59,506 nucleotides of DNA from a virus. Lineage: Duplodnaviria > Caudoviricetes. The DNA is taken from positions 1 to 59,506 of IMG/VR virus record IMGVR_UViG_3300005758_000046; one strand, 5' to 3'. Position 1 is the first letter of the stretch. The number at the start of each line of letters is the position of its first letter. A program made the position numbers and the translations under genes. The notes under the pieces are model-generated. The model was not told the DNA's origin, made no database searches, and saw only the letters and a list, made by a program, of their open reading frames with translations. Positions 10,739 through 22,174 of this stretch are shown here, piece after piece.

Positions 10739-13700
10739 TTATGTTGTTAATGTTTGTAATTCAGTTGGTGTTAAAGCTGATATAACTACAATATCAGTCG
10801 CTTGTGCTGCATTGACGAAAATTTCATAAGGAGTACTTCTTATCTCATATAAATCCCCAAATGTCATAGTAGGATCATTGGGAACCAATACCGCTGAGCT
10901 AATCAAATCACCCACTTCTGAATGTAAGTATGCGCTTAATTCGCTAAAGTAAAAAGTGTCTCCAAAGGTCCAATTGTCGATACTAAAATATTGATTCATT
11001 GCATTAAGTACGCTTGTTCTTATTTCACTATCGCTAGCGGTTGTGCTGCTAGATTTTATTACCTTAATTGTTGCTCTAAGCTTTGGTTCTGCCTTAGACC
11101 CAAATAACGGTTTAAAGATAGCACTATTCATAACTACGCTATCTGATAACATTTTGTATTCATTAATTTTTGAAAACTCAACTGAAAGTTCTGAAACAGT
11201 GGGTTTAACTGGTTCCTGAACGGTCCCCGTTGTATCCCTAATCCAATTTTGATATTGATTGTAATAGCTCTGTGTCAGTAGATACAAATCGATAATATTT
11301 GATGTGCCTGGATTAACTCTAGTTGTATCAGATGAAATGTGCCTATATTGGAAATATAATCCCTGCCTACCTGTTTTAACTACATAGTCAGATAATAGTT
11401 CTAGATTAACTATGTTAGCGGAAGTAGTATCATTTACTGATTTATAGAATTTTCCTTCCAATACTGCATAATATACTTGCCCAACTGGATATTCGTATTT
11501 AACGATTGCTATGTCGGCTTGAGTACCATATGCATATACTATATCGACAGAAGGAACCATTTCAAATCGTGTTAATAAATTTGCATCGGTTACTCTTCTG
11601 AAAAAAACAAAGTTATTGAAATTTCTAGTTCCCGGAATATAACCAGTAACGTCTATGAAAAAATCTGGGTTCTTGTATGAACCAACCGTAGTTAAGTCGG
11701 CGGCGCTTACTTCTACTGAAAAATCATCTACGTAGCCGTCACTTTCTGTAGTTTGTCCAATAACATTCAATACTATATCACGAGGATAAGGAAAATTATA
11801 ATTAGCCTGTGTATTAGATTTTAGTATGCTGATAAAATCTTGAAGTAGTTTTCCGGTGCTAGGATCATAAACTATTTTATCTCTGTCAAACGTAAATCTA
11901 ACATCGTACACACTGCCAAAATAATATGCTACACTGCGCCATGTGACCAAATATCTATTAGAGCCTAAACTTTGAAATCTAACAAAATAATTAGGATCAT
12001 TATATGTACTAGTTGACCATCTTTCTTGATTTGCTAACAGTGCATTATCAAAAATTAGACTAAAATTTTGATTTAATCGTATTTTAGTAACACATTCTGT
12101 AACCAACGCATTACCTAAAATGTTGGTTAAATTAGGGATAATAACACTCAACACTGCTCCATCCGGAATAGCATTGGTTAATCTCACTGGTCCTAACCCG
12201 TTATCTAAATTTCCTTCTCCGCCGTTATTACCGCCACCCACAACTAAAGAGACACTGGTCCACAACGAGGTTTGATCGCTAGGTAAAGGTAATCCAGCAA
12301 CTAATCTATTATCACTACCAAAATAATAACCCGGTGGCGCAGTAAATCCTAATAACGCCCCTTGAGTAATGTATTTTACATCATTGGTAGTAAACACTCC
12401 CACACCTAACGGAAAATTGTTTTGTACAAAATAACCAGTACTCTCACCGTTGATATTATTTGTTTGATTCCATGTTATATTTTCATCCGAAACTACATAT
12501 CTTGGATATGCTTGGGTGTAATATTGTTGTACTCTTTGGCTTCCCAAAATACTGGGAATGTTTTCTGTTAAGAAATTTATAATATCGTTATTGGTGTTTG
12601 CAGTAAAAATAGTAAAGCCATCGTTTAAATCTTGATACAACCCACCGTCGTCCGCAAAATCATTAGTGCTTGAATATTTTGCGCTGGGGTCCAGTAAATC
12701 AAAATTTCTGCTGGTACCTACACTGGTACGATTGATAGCTTTACTTTTAATTATGGAGCTATACAATGTGTAAGGGAAGTTATTATAATCTTCACCATTA
12801 ACCATACGATTTTGAGTGTAATAACGTTGTGGTGCCCTAGTTTTTATATTAGCTAAAGTTTCTCTTGCTTGTGCTGTGGTCACTGGCAATTGTAAATTCA
12901 AAGTTACAGTCAGCGTTTCTTGACGATTCGTTCTGCTTATATAAGGTATAGTTATAGTAACATTTTGAAATTCACTAGGGTCGATTGTGTATGTTAGCCC
13001 GTTACTTGATCTTACATAACTAGCAAAGGTTCCAATTGGAATGGCACTGAATACTCCATCACCAAATACGTATGTAACTTGATCGTTGGTTCTTGAATTT
13101 ACGCTGAATACTTTTTTTTCCGATGTTGCTTTTTGTAGATTAGCATTAGCATAAACACTTTCAACTTGCTTCCATTCGATCAATTCGTTAGTGGTAGTGT
13201 TTACCTCATATAGCCATGTATCAGTATTATTAATTCCTTGAATATCAATAGCTACTGTTTGATTCGTGACTTGTTCAGGTACCGTAAAATTAAAAGTTTG
13301 CAGTTGGCCCTGTTTAAAATACAAGAAGAATCCAGTGTTTGGACTAGCGAACCCCAATCTATCATTTCTATATAAAATATTGAAAATATTACTATTAGCG
13401 GGAGGTATTTCGTATAAAGATTCGCTATCTAAGCTAGTCATGCTAACACATTCAAAATTCATAGATGTGCCATCTACTGTTATAGAAAATGGTATAACAG
13501 GAAGCGTGTCTTCTGACAAACGAACAGAGTATTCGTCTGTTTTTACTCCTAATAATGTCTTTGAATTTCCGGGGCTACCAACACGTTGTGAGTCCACAAA
13601 AGCGGCATTTAAAATAGTATTAAACTGTTCTTGCCAATTGGGATTAGCAGGGTCGTTCCAAAGTATTGTCAAGCCACTTAAGTTTAAATTAGTATAATCT

Positions 13701-14089
13701 AAAAGCTGCTCCGAAGTACTAAGAGAAGTTATTTTAGCAAAGCCTTGACCTGCTATATTTCTTTTAGGTGTATAACCGACTAGGTTGGCTAGTTTAATAA
13801 CACTATCTCTTCTTTCAGCAGTGTCTATGAAATTTTCTCTAGCGTTTAAGTCTCCCCTAAAACTCAATGCCTGACCCATAAAGGCCATAACATCCATTAG
13901 CGCGATAAATTCGCTACTTTCGACGTAATCATTAAATGTTTCGGGATAGGTTAATCGTAAATAATCGACAAATGTTTTACGTATAGTTTCAAAGTCATAG
14001 CTTTGTAAATCCGCTTGACTGTAATTTTTGTATAATGTTTTCCAGTCATTTACACCAAAAACACTAGTTTGTCTTGAACTTGTAGCCAT
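10739..14089 (-). CDS. gp6: Baseplate wedge subunit, T4 gp6-like
   Basis: N-terminal motifs YDFETIRK..FNDYVESS..LMDVMAF..ENFIDTAERRDSVIKLANLVGYTP and ETLANIKTRAPQRYYTQNRMVNGEDY are typical of gp6/baseplate J. Confidence 0.85.
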   Translation of the reverse strand: MATSSRQTSVFGVNDWKTLYKNYSQADLQSYDFETIRKTFVDYLRLTYPETFNDYVESSEFIALMDVMAFMGQALSFRGDLNARENFIDTAERRDSVIKLANLVGYTPKRNIAGQGFAKITSLSTSEQLLDYTNLNLSGLTILWNDPANPNWQEQFNTILNAAFVDSQRVGSPGNSKTLLGVKTDEYSVRLSEDTLPVIPFSITVDGTSMNFECVSMTSLDSESLYEIPPANSNIFNILYRNDRLGFASPNTGFFLYFKQGQLQTFNFTVPEQVTNQTVAIDIQGINNTDTWLYEVNTTTNELIEWKQVESVYANANLQKATSEKKVFSVNSRTNDQVTYVFGDGVFSAIPIGTFASYVRSSNGLTYTIDPSEFQNVTITIPYISRTNRQETLTVTLNLQLPVTTAQARETLANIKTRAPQRYYTQNRMVNGEDYNNFPYTLYSSIIKSKAINRTSVGTSRNFDLLDPSAKYSSTNDFADDGGLYQDLNDGFTIFTANTNNDIINFLTENIPSILGSQRVQQYYTQAYPRYVVSDENITWNQTNNINGESTGYFVQNNFPLGVGVFTTNDVKYITQGALLGFTAPPGYYFGSDNRLVAGLPLPSDQTSLWTSVSLVVGGGNNGGEGNLDNGLGPVRLTNAIPDGAVLSVIIPNLTNILGNALVTECVTKIRLNQNFSLIFDNALLANQERWSTSTYNDPNYFVRFQSLGSNRYLVTWRSVAYYFGSVYDVRFTFDRDKIVYDPSTGKLLQDFISILKSNTQANYNFPYPRDIVLNVIGQTTESDGYVDDFSVEVSAADLTTVGSYKNPDFFIDVTGYIPGTRNFNNFVFFRRVTDANLLTRFEMVPSVDIVYAYGTQADIAIVKYEYPVGQVYYAVLEGKFYKSVNDTTSANIVNLELLSDYVVKTGRQGLYFQYRHISSDTTRVNPGTSNIIDLYLLTQSYYNQYQNWIRDTTGTVQEPVKPTVSELSVEFSKINEYKMLSDSVVMNSAIFKPLFGSKAEPKLRATIKVIKSSSTTASDSEIRTSVLNAMNQYFSIDNWTFGDTFYFSELSAYLHSEVGDLISSAVLVPNDPTMTFGDLYEIRSTPYEIFVNAAQATDIVVISALTPTELQTLTT

Positions 14090-14137
14090 AGTAATATCTC
14101 TTTTATGTATTTATCAATACAAAAAATGGTGTTTTTA

Positions 14138-14629
14138 CTATCTAGGGACACCTGGCATAATCATTCGATTACTATTTGATTCGGCTGGGCTGGCTCTACC
14201 GGTTTGTTGGTCAAAGTTTATTGCAAGTTGCTGAACATAATTAAACGGACTTATGGCCAATTCAACTTCGATTAGTACTCCATTGTCATATGGATAGCTA
14301 ATCACACTGTTCATTATTATTCTTGGATCTAAACTAGCTACTCGTTTTATTTCTGTTTCTATTGCAGCCTGCAGATCCGGTGTGTTAGGTTCGAATACGA
14401 AATCCCAAAGAGTGGTTCCGTAATTTGGTCGACCTGGTTTAGCGCCTTGTGGAATGTTCAATGCATTCAAAAAATCTTGTATTACCAATTCAGAATCAGT
14501 TATTCTAAACTTTTTGTTTGGTCTAACCGGATTAGTGACTGATCCGCTACCCCCGTCTATACCTGAAGGTATTTGACTTGTTTTTACTTCCTCTAAATGT
14601 AATGTGCTGAATCCTGTATATGTAGCCAT
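14138..14629 (-). CDS. gp25: Baseplate wedge subunit / sheath initiator, gp25-like
   Basis: QGAKPGRPNYGTTLWDFVFEP..EIKRVASLDPRI matches the GPW/gp25 pattern; adjacent to gp6. Confidence 0.85.
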   Translation of the reverse strand: MATYTGFSTLHLEEVKTSQIPSGIDGGSGSVTNPVRPNKKFRITDSELVIQDFLNALNIPQGAKPGRPNYGTTLWDFVFEPNTPDLQAAIETEIKRVASLDPRIIMNSVISYPYDNGVLIEVELAISPFNYVQQLAINFDQQTGRASPAESNSNRMIMPGVPR

Positions 14630-14662
14630 ATCTAATCCTTATTTTTATATTTAATCGCTTTA

Positions 14663-17527
14663 TTATGCTCTGTCCAATGGATTAGGAATTTTAGGATTCT
14701 CTAGTAATTGGTCAGTTTGTTGTTTAATTTCTTCCATGTTAAAAGTATTAACAGCAACAGTAGGGACTTTAATATCCACTGCACCGGGCGTACCTGATGC
14801 TGCAATTTGCGTTTCTAAAGATTGGATAGCATCTTCACTAAGACCCAATGTGGCGTAAGCATTGATTGTTCCTCCGTTAGATCGAACCTGCTGTTCTAAA
14901 GTAGCAACTTCTGATTTAACATTCTTTTTACCTTTGAAAATATTAGAGGCTACATTTTTAATTTTTTCCCCTATCTTACCTGTTACCTCTTTTACCTTTT
15001 GATTATTCAAAACATTGCCTGCTACAAACAATCCGCCGGCAATTGTTGCTAACCGTTCAGAAGATTTTCCTGTAGTAAACAATGATGCGGCCCCTAACGC
15101 AGAAGCAACATCTTTGGTTGTTAAATTGCTTACGCTATTTTTAACTTTATCTATGAATGTGTTTGATGAAGCTACTGAGGGGGCAGCAACCGTATTTAGA
15201 CTTTGCGTGTTTTCTGAATTTATTGCTGTTAAGTTCTGTGGCTTGTTTGGTGTCAACTTTTTAAATGCTCCGGTTATTTTTTCCCAAACACTGGCTGCCG
15301 CACCTTTTATAGAATTTCCCGTATTTTTTATCAGTGCTCCCAATCCACTATTTTGTTTATCCGCAATATTAGCTGCTACATTTCCGGATGCTATTAATTC
15401 CTTTGCCGATTTGCTAGACGCATTTAACATACTATTTGTTCTTTCACCTATGCCAATAGTTCCGGTTCCAATAGCGGATTGCTTTAGTGCATCTAGAGTA
15501 GGTGTAACTCCTATTGTTGCAGCAGACAATATTAATCCACCGGTTTGTGTTGAACTTTCATTCCCCATCATTGCGCCGGCGGCAATTAATTTTCTTTCGC
15601 TATTTCCTAAAACCTCTGCCGCCGCGGTTGCTTGTACAGAGGAATTGTTTATCAAGTCATTAACCGACCCTACACCATTTTTACCGGTAAACACATTAGG
15701 TGGTAATGAATCTTCTATGGATTTTCCCCTATTAACATTTGCATTCACTGTTGCCGAACTTCCAGGCTTTAGATACCCGGCCTCTTCTAGCTGCTGGGGA
15801 GTTAATCCAATAGTACCCACACTAATAATTTTTTGTCCATTGACATTTGTTATTGCGGCTCCCTCAAGTGATTCGTTTGTTGTTGCTCCGGTGCTTGCGT
15901 TGACTGCCATTTGAGAAACTAGTGCTGCGGTAGTTACCTTATCCAGTGGGTTACCAACCGAATTTAAGTTAGGAACTGTAGCAATAACTGCAGGGGTTGT
16001 AGCATTTACTGCAACACTAGCAACTGATTCATTCGTCTGCCTTAATGCGGTGTTTGGCGTAGAGGGGAAGTTTGCTGATGCAGACAAGTTTGTTTTAACA
16101 TCAACCCCTTGATTAGCATTAGCCCACGGTTGGTGTGCAGGTGCGCGGCTTACGATACTTTTTAATTTACCAGGTGCAGGAGCATAGCCCTTCGATGAGT
16201 CATAAAGTGTGTCAGTGTGTGCTATAATGGGAAGTTGTTTCACCTCTTGCGGAACCAATGAGCTTGATCCGGTGTTTAGATGGACGTTTGGACCACCGTT
16301 TAAATAATTAGTTTTGTCGCTTTTAATGCTGCTATCATCTTTACTATATAAACTCATTTTAGAGTTTACCTTAAGTGTATAATTACCTTTGGTAAAACCT
16401 TTATATGTCGTACCTACAAATTGATTGGTAGCCTTTATACTTTCTAAGTTGATATTGTCAGCACTAATGTTTAAATCTTTTTTAGCATTAATATTAATAT
16501 TATTGTCTGCGTGTAAATTTAAATCCCCTTGAGTTCTAATATTGACACTATTAGTGGCATACATATCTATTGTGCCTTCTTTGCCCAATTCTATCCATGA
16601 CCTACCGTTCGCGTGTATAATGAATAATGTTTGAGCCGAGTCATTCATTAAAATCATATGACCATTAGAAGTTCTTAATCTAATTAGTTTGTCATTTCCG
16701 TTAATGTCACCGTCGTCTAAAATAAATGTATGACCACCTGTTCTACCAATGACTGTAAACTGGTCGTCTGGTATATTTGAATCAGTAACTGCTTCATTGA
16801 TGGGCTTATTATTTTTACCGTTAAATCCACCGGCATATATAGGATTTCCGGGAGTACTTAATCCGAATACTTTACTAGGACTTTCACGCATGGCGCTACT
16901 GGATATTGTTCCTCGTACCGCATCACGTATCAGCCCCTGCTCATTTAGTATTGCAGCCTGATAACTATGAACCGGTCTAGCCAAACTGTTAAGCTCTTCG
17001 CTATTTTCATATTTTGTGTTAGCGTCATTAATTTCAGTTACCGGTAGACTAGTGGCGCCGCCGTAGCTATTTGCTTCTCCTGTGTTTGGTATAATTGCGG
17101 GCGCCGATCCTATTCCGGGAACCATATGTATTAAGGTAGCAGGAGGGATCGATGCTATGTAAAATCCTAAATCCGGTTGACCATTAATGAATACGCATAT
17201 TACTTCAGTGTTTATGTCGGGCGGTGTGGCCCAAAATCCATAACTATTTCTATTACCCACAAAACTGCCGTCAGAGTTTTCGCTTGCAGTGTTTCTGGTA
17301 TATCCAAAAAACGGGCTAGCATAATTTACCCATGTCCAATTATTAGGGTCATCTTCATTAGCTGCGTTTAAACGATTTAGAAATACTTGAATTTTTCCTG
17401 AACGCAAAGGATCTATATTATTTTTTACTATGCCTATAATAGGGTGCGAGTATAACGGATTACCCCCTCGCTCATCTTCAAATATTTTGAATGATCCCCG
17501 TTGTTTTATTATATCTTGATTTGCCAT
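14663..17527 (-). CDS. gp5: Baseplate hub / central spike protein, gp5/VgrG-like
   Basis: N-terminal OB-fold motif IGIVKNNIDPLRSGKIQV..YGFWATPPDINTEVICVF; beta-helix segment GHTFILDD..RLRTSNGH..SWIELGKEGTID. Confidence 0.75.
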   Translation of the reverse strand: MANQDIIKQRGSFKIFEDERGGNPLYSHPIIGIVKNNIDPLRSGKIQVFLNRLNAANEDDPNNWTWVNYASPFFGYTRNTASENSDGSFVGNRNSYGFWATPPDINTEVICVFINGQPDLGFYIASIPPATLIHMVPGIGSAPAIIPNTGEANSYGGATSLPVTEINDANTKYENSEELNSLARPVHSYQAAILNEQGLIRDAVRGTISSSAMRESPSKVFGLSTPGNPIYAGGFNGKNNKPINEAVTDSNIPDDQFTVIGRTGGHTFILDDGDINGNDKLIRLRTSNGHMILMNDSAQTLFIIHANGRSWIELGKEGTIDMYATNSVNIRTQGDLNLHADNNININAKKDLNISADNINLESIKATNQFVGTTYKGFTKGNYTLKVNSKMSLYSKDDSSIKSDKTNYLNGGPNVHLNTGSSSLVPQEVKQLPIIAHTDTLYDSSKGYAPAPGKLKSIVSRAPAHQPWANANQGVDVKTNLSASANFPSTPNTALRQTNESVASVAVNATTPAVIATVPNLNSVGNPLDKVTTAALVSQMAVNASTGATTNESLEGAAITNVNGQKIISVGTIGLTPQQLEEAGYLKPGSSATVNANVNRGKSIEDSLPPNVFTGKNGVGSVNDLINNSSVQATAAAEVLGNSERKLIAAGAMMGNESSTQTGGLILSAATIGVTPTLDALKQSAIGTGTIGIGERTNSMLNASSKSAKELIASGNVAANIADKQNSGLGALIKNTGNSIKGAAASVWEKITGAFKKLTPNKPQNLTAINSENTQSLNTVAAPSVASSNTFIDKVKNSVSNLTTKDVASALGAASLFTTGKSSERLATIAGGLFVAGNVLNNQKVKEVTGKIGEKIKNVASNIFKGKKNVKSEVATLEQQVRSNGGTINAYATLGLSEDAIQSLETQIAASGTPGAVDIKVPTVAVNTFNMEEIKQQTDQLLENPKIPNPLDRA

Positions 17528-17545
17528 GCTAAAGACTCATTTATG

Positions 17546-20179
17546 TTATCGACCACTATCGTCATCTGCTGTTCTGTTATTTCCCTGAGTACTGTTTGAA
17601 GGGGTTAAATTGTTTGTTTTTGTTTGAACGACTACTGCATCTTTTTGTATTGTAGCCAACACATCTGCCCTCGTCTGCTCTAAATTACTGGTCTTTTCTC
17701 TAGATTTATTTAAGGGAGTTTTTAATGCAAAGTTTGGTATAACTGTTTTTAAATCTTGTGTAAAAACTCCGTTACTAAGCCTGCTAGTGACGTTAGTAAC
17801 CATATATACCATTCTTCCCTTAGTCTGTGCCTCAATATCTTCTGGATAATTCCAAAATTTTATGTTATTTTTAGGCTCTAACAATCCTGTACTTTTACTA
17901 TAGTCTATGACTTCATTAAACCCTATTTCTATAAAGACTTGACCTGTATTAGCATTTATAGAAAAGCTAGGACCATACCATTTAGCTAACATATCAGATA
18001 AACTTCCGGATTCTACCGGCATTATAAAATCCGGATCGCCTAATATTTTTATATTAGCTTTAATTTGTTCAGATGGACTGTACAAATATGTTTTAACTGT
18101 ATTCTGTAATTCCAAACTTCCAGGAAGTTTTCCTGCAGGAGAAGAATCAGTAGATGGTAAAATACCAACCGGAGCAGTATCGTTAGATTCAACTATTCCT
18201 CCTTCGGTACTTAATATTCGTGTATTGAAATAAAGTAAGTTATAGTTTACTTCATATGAAAGTACTTCTGTATTTTCGCCGGTATACCAGTACTGATATA
18301 TTTTGTGTGGACCGTGATATCCGGTTTGATATTGTAACATCAATGATCTTATATATGGCACTCTGTATTTTTGTATCACATATGTTACATCGTATGCGTA
18401 ATCATTTTTAGAAAAATCATAATCAATTATTTTTACCAGTGGTCTAACAATATACCATTCGAAATCTTTAGATTGTTGATTTTGCCCGTTAGCTGTATCT
18501 GCAACTAATGAATCATTGGTATTAGTTGGCTGAAGTTTTTCTTCATCAAAATATACCATAGCATCTCTTATGTAAGTGCTTTGACCGATAATTTGATCTA
18601 TCGCCGATAGTATTGATGTTCCGGGGGCCAAATTAATTATTCTTTTTTGCTTTTCTATTTTGGCTCGTTTAAAATATGCTGTCCTATCATTTACTTGATT
18701 AACATTAGTTACCGGTACCGTAGGTGCGTAATATTTACTATAGAAATCTTTATCGACTATCAGCGCACTTCCCACTTTACTATCACTGTCGATTACTATC
18801 GAATATTTGTCTGGGATTTTTTGTTTGGCTTCACCTTTACTGGGATTGGTGAGTTCAACAGTTTGTAAGTTATTAAGTGCATCAATTAATCCATTACTTG
18901 CATTCTTGTTTTGTATGGTTGTTAAAATATCTGCATTGGTACGACTCAATGAACTAACACTTTGCGTAGCGGCGGATACTTTTTTTGCACCTAGCGCGTT
19001 TTCTACAGTGTCTGCTGATATAGCAATAGATTTTGGAATCACCCCTCGTTTTAATCCATATGCTACTTGTTCATTTAATAATCTAGCTTCAATATTATAT
19101 ACCGTAGTTGTTCTTTCTAGCTTGAATGACATTTTAGTTATAACTATGGGGAATGCTCGCTCAAACGCTGCATCAACATCGGTTTTTCCATAGTCTGCGG
19201 TGTCCGGCATATCAAATGGTTTTGATACTACGTTGCCCTGATTATCATACCCGTAGAATCTAAGAACCAACAAATAAGGACACAATAATGCCATAGATTG
19301 GTCAGTTACTGGTCTTTTAATTTTAGATTTTTTTTGTGCTACTTCTTGAGCAGCTACCAATCTACTAGGAAACGACATAGCGTATGGCTCAAAAATTTGA
19401 AATCGTATTAAAGTCATATTGCTAGCTACTCTAGTATCTTTTCCATTTGTAGCCGTAGTGATTTCTAAATTGTCTATATAAAAATCCAAATCAAAAAATT
19501 GATTGCGGGGATTGTTAGGCGAGTTTGCAGGGGCGCCTGCGCTTTGTATTAAAAGGTCTAAATCTTTTAAAATCCACTTACCGTTAACAAAATAACTGTT
19601 ATATGAATCTGCGGATAACGCATACAAACTTATTCTATATGTGCTACTACTAAATTTACTTAACGGATTATACTGTCTTTTGTTTGGAAACTTATCTCCC
19701 AAATCTGCACCACCTGATATTGCAATAACCGGAGCACTAGTAGATATCGAATTAGTGGTGCTACCTGCAATAGATTGGTCATCTAGTACTGAATTTTCTG
19801 AAACACCCCCGGATATCTCAATTATGTCGGGGAAGCCACTCGTTGCTGATGTTTGAGCGATGGCCGGATCTTCTGTGGTTTCATTTCTTGTTGTAGGTTC
19901 ATTAGAACTAGTTTGATCGGGGGTAAAGCCAATTAAAAGTGGATTAGTGGGATCAACCGCATATAATTCATTCTTTAGTTGATTTACTCTAATCCGCTGA
20001 CTTTCCACCTTACTAGTAAGTCTAGCAATATTAGTGTATATGTCCGGAGGTATTAGTTCCGGATTGTCTCTGTTTCTCCGTATAAAATCTTCGTCGATTG
20101 CTATTTCATTCAAATCTGCTTTTATAGTAGCTTCGTATTCGACTATAAGAATTTCAGTATTAGATAATTGGTTGGCCAC
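17546..20179 (-). CDS. Putative baseplate hub protein (gp27-like)
   Basis: 877-aa ORF between gp53-like and gp5-like genes; C-terminal IKILGDP..YMVTNVTSRLSNGVFTQDL resembles hub proteins. Confidence 0.55.
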   Translation of the reverse strand: MANQLSNTEILIVEYEATIKADLNEIAIDEDFIRRNRDNPELIPPDIYTNIARLTSKVESQRIRVNQLKNELYAVDPTNPLLIGFTPDQTSSNEPTTRNETTEDPAIAQTSATSGFPDIIEISGGVSENSVLDDQSIAGSTTNSISTSAPVIAISGGADLGDKFPNKRQYNPLSKFSSSTYRISLYALSADSYNSYFVNGKWILKDLDLLIQSAGAPANSPNNPRNQFFDLDFYIDNLEITTATNGKDTRVASNMTLIRFQIFEPYAMSFPSRLVAAQEVAQKKSKIKRPVTDQSMALLCPYLLVLRFYGYDNQGNVVSKPFDMPDTADYGKTDVDAAFERAFPIVITKMSFKLERTTTVYNIEARLLNEQVAYGLKRGVIPKSIAISADTVENALGAKKVSAATQSVSSLSRTNADILTTIQNKNASNGLIDALNNLQTVELTNPSKGEAKQKIPDKYSIVIDSDSKVGSALIVDKDFYSKYYAPTVPVTNVNQVNDRTAYFKRAKIEKQKRIINLAPGTSILSAIDQIIGQSTYIRDAMVYFDEEKLQPTNTNDSLVADTANGQNQQSKDFEWYIVRPLVKIIDYDFSKNDYAYDVTYVIQKYRVPYIRSLMLQYQTGYHGPHKIYQYWYTGENTEVLSYEVNYNLLYFNTRILSTEGGIVESNDTAPVGILPSTDSSPAGKLPGSLELQNTVKTYLYSPSEQIKANIKILGDPDFIMPVESGSLSDMLAKWYGPSFSINANTGQVFIEIGFNEVIDYSKSTGLLEPKNNIKFWNYPEDIEAQTKGRMVYMVTNVTSRLSNGVFTQDLKTVIPNFALKTPLNKSREKTSNLEQTRADVLATIQKDAVVVQTKTNNLTPSNSTQGNNRTADDDSGR

Positions 20180-20223
20180 TGTATATGTATTAATAAGTAA
20201 AAATAGATTGATAGTTGTTTAGG

Positions 20224-20523
20224 TTAAAACCCTAAAGCATCTTTCAACACCGGTAGTTGCGGAATATAAATCCACTTTCCGGCAATAAAATCAAACAACG
20301 GGTCAGGCAATGAATTGGGGTTTCGTTGCGCAAATACCCACCACAGTTCGCTGTTTCCGTATAAATCGTATGCCAATAAATCAGGACGTAAATGATATGT
20401 TTGATTTATTTGCCAATATTTATCCAACGGATTAGCCGGGATGGGCCTATTTACCATAACATCTAAGAATTTATTATCAAAGATAGGAGTTTGATAGTAT
20501 GGACTTGTTTGCGGATATGGCAT
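20224..20523 (-). CDS. gp53: Baseplate wedge protein gp53-like (LysM-like fold)
   Basis: RPDLLAYDLYGNSELWWVFAQRN motif; likely ATG at 20523 overlapping the upstream stop (TAATG). Confidence 0.75.
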   Translation of the reverse strand: MPYPQTSPYYQTPIFDNKFLDVMVNRPIPANPLDKYWQINQTYHLRPDLLAYDLYGNSELWWVFAQRNPNSLPDPLFDFIAGKWIYIPQLPVLKDALGF

Positions 20524-22163
20524 TACCAAAATCCTCCTCTATATAGTTTACCGGTTGCATAATCTGCTACACTGAATATTCTTGTAGTATCATACCGAGT
20601 TACGATAGGTATACAAGTAATAGATACTGACAATTTAGTAGGCAAATATGTGTTATCCGGGTTAGCTAACCTAGTAGTAAAATTAGGTTCGTCTGAAATG
20701 CCGCCCGGATTAAGACCACTATTTCTCACCCTAAGAATACTTTTTATCGCTCCTGAAAATGTGCCATTATTTGCATTAACAGTTTCTTTAGACTTATAAA
20801 AAGCATTGGTCTGCCCTTCGTATAAAGACGGGGTGCCGGCTCTAATATAATCCACGTTATCAGGCAAAGTATACGAAAACTGGCTTATCAATAACGGATG
20901 ATCTTTGTATTGGTTGGGACCAAACCCAAACAAGTAGCACAGTGGAGGAGGAGTTCCTGCAGGAGGACCAATTGATGCAGTGTCTTGACCGTAAAACATT
21001 TTTGTTACTGTTCTGAAGAAATGTATCACAGCCAACATATAATTAGCCTCGGTTGTGCTTTGAGCCGTAAAAGTTGCTGTTATTTGAATTTCATCTACTG
21101 CACTGTTTCTGTAAAAGTACTGTTTATAATTAGTGTGAACTATTTCAGAGGGTTCATAATTTGCTCTATATGAACTAGTAATCTGCGGGGTATACGGAAA
21201 TATTACGCCGCCGGTTGCCTTTAATGGATACAACAGATCATTTTCTTGTGCAACGTTGTAAAGATAATTAGCGTTAGGAGCCAATGATAATTTTACTCTC
21301 CAATCTACACCTTGCGATCTTCTATCAATATTATTAGTAGATCCGGAGGTTCTAGCCGCATCAATACTGCCAGCAGTAGTTCTACCCCCCACTGTATCCG
21401 GTAGAGGGACATTGTTGAATGTGGTTGAATCAGTTCCGCTAGCAGCCTGTAGATTTGCTACCTCAGTATTTTGAACCGGTTTTGGATTAAAGGCAAATTC
21501 CCCTGAAGGTTCTGCTTCTGATGCTGCTTGTGCGGAAGAGACTTCGCTGCTTAGCACAGGACGAGGAGTACTACTTATCGTTCCAAATTGAGTAGTACCT
21601 AACCCATCTGCCCCAGTAGGCGGCTCTTGATCAATCGCCGATGGTTGTTGATTCTGAATGCCAGGTGTCTGTTGAACGCTGCTGGTTGGCGGTGCTACTT
21701 GAGTAGCAGGTGTAGCTACTCTAGTTGCAGGGGCGGTTACTGTATTCTGTACTGATGCAGGTTGCACATTGGGGCGGGAGGTCGCCGGAGGAGGAACTGC
21801 ATTCCGTATATTAGGGTCATTTCTTTCCGCTTCTCCATCTGCTGCTGCTTGTTGTCTGGTAAAATTCAACGTTTGCAAAGACTGTTGATACCTAGCGTCT
21901 GCGTTTGCCAACGCTTGTTTGGAGTTTTCTACCAATTGTAGTTCTTGCTGGTATCTTAATCTTTCTTGCTCCAACACTGCTAAATTTACTCTAGTAGGGT
22001 TTCTATTGTATTCCTGTTCTGCATTTCTGACCAATTTTTCTACACCAGGTAATCCCCTTTGTAGGTTAGCCAATTCGGTACCCACAACCAGTAATTCTTT
22101 TTCTGATTCGGTTACATTTAGTTGTGCATTGGCTATAGCCGCAATCCAGTCGTTAGAAGCCAT
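20523..22163 (-). CDS. Baseplate tail-tube cap/initiator, gp48/gp54-like, with N-terminal coiled coil and low-complexity linker
   Basis: GVIFPYTPQIT..IQITATFTAQ..AVIHFFRTVTKM..GTPPPLCYL motif; first gene of the baseplate operon. Confidence 0.6.
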   Translation of the reverse strand: MASNDWIAAIANAQLNVTESEKELLVVGTELANLQRGLPGVEKLVRNAEQEYNRNPTRVNLAVLEQERLRYQQELQLVENSKQALANADARYQQSLQTLNFTRQQAAADGEAERNDPNIRNAVPPPATSRPNVQPASVQNTVTAPATRVATPATQVAPPTSSVQQTPGIQNQQPSAIDQEPPTGADGLGTTQFGTISSTPRPVLSSEVSSAQAASEAEPSGEFAFNPKPVQNTEVANLQAASGTDSTTFNNVPLPDTVGGRTTAGSIDAARTSGSTNNIDRRSQGVDWRVKLSLAPNANYLYNVAQENDLLYPLKATGGVIFPYTPQITSSYRANYEPSEIVHTNYKQYFYRNSAVDEIQITATFTAQSTTEANYMLAVIHFFRTVTKMFYGQDTASIGPPAGTPPPLCYLFGFGPNQYKDHPLLISQFSYTLPDNVDYIRAGTPSLYEGQTNAFYKSKETVNANNGTFSGAIKSILRVRNSGLNPGGISDEPNFTTRLANPDNTYLPTKLSVSITCIPIVTRYDTTRIFSVADYATGKLYRGGFW

Positions 22164-22174
22164 AAAGTTATCCT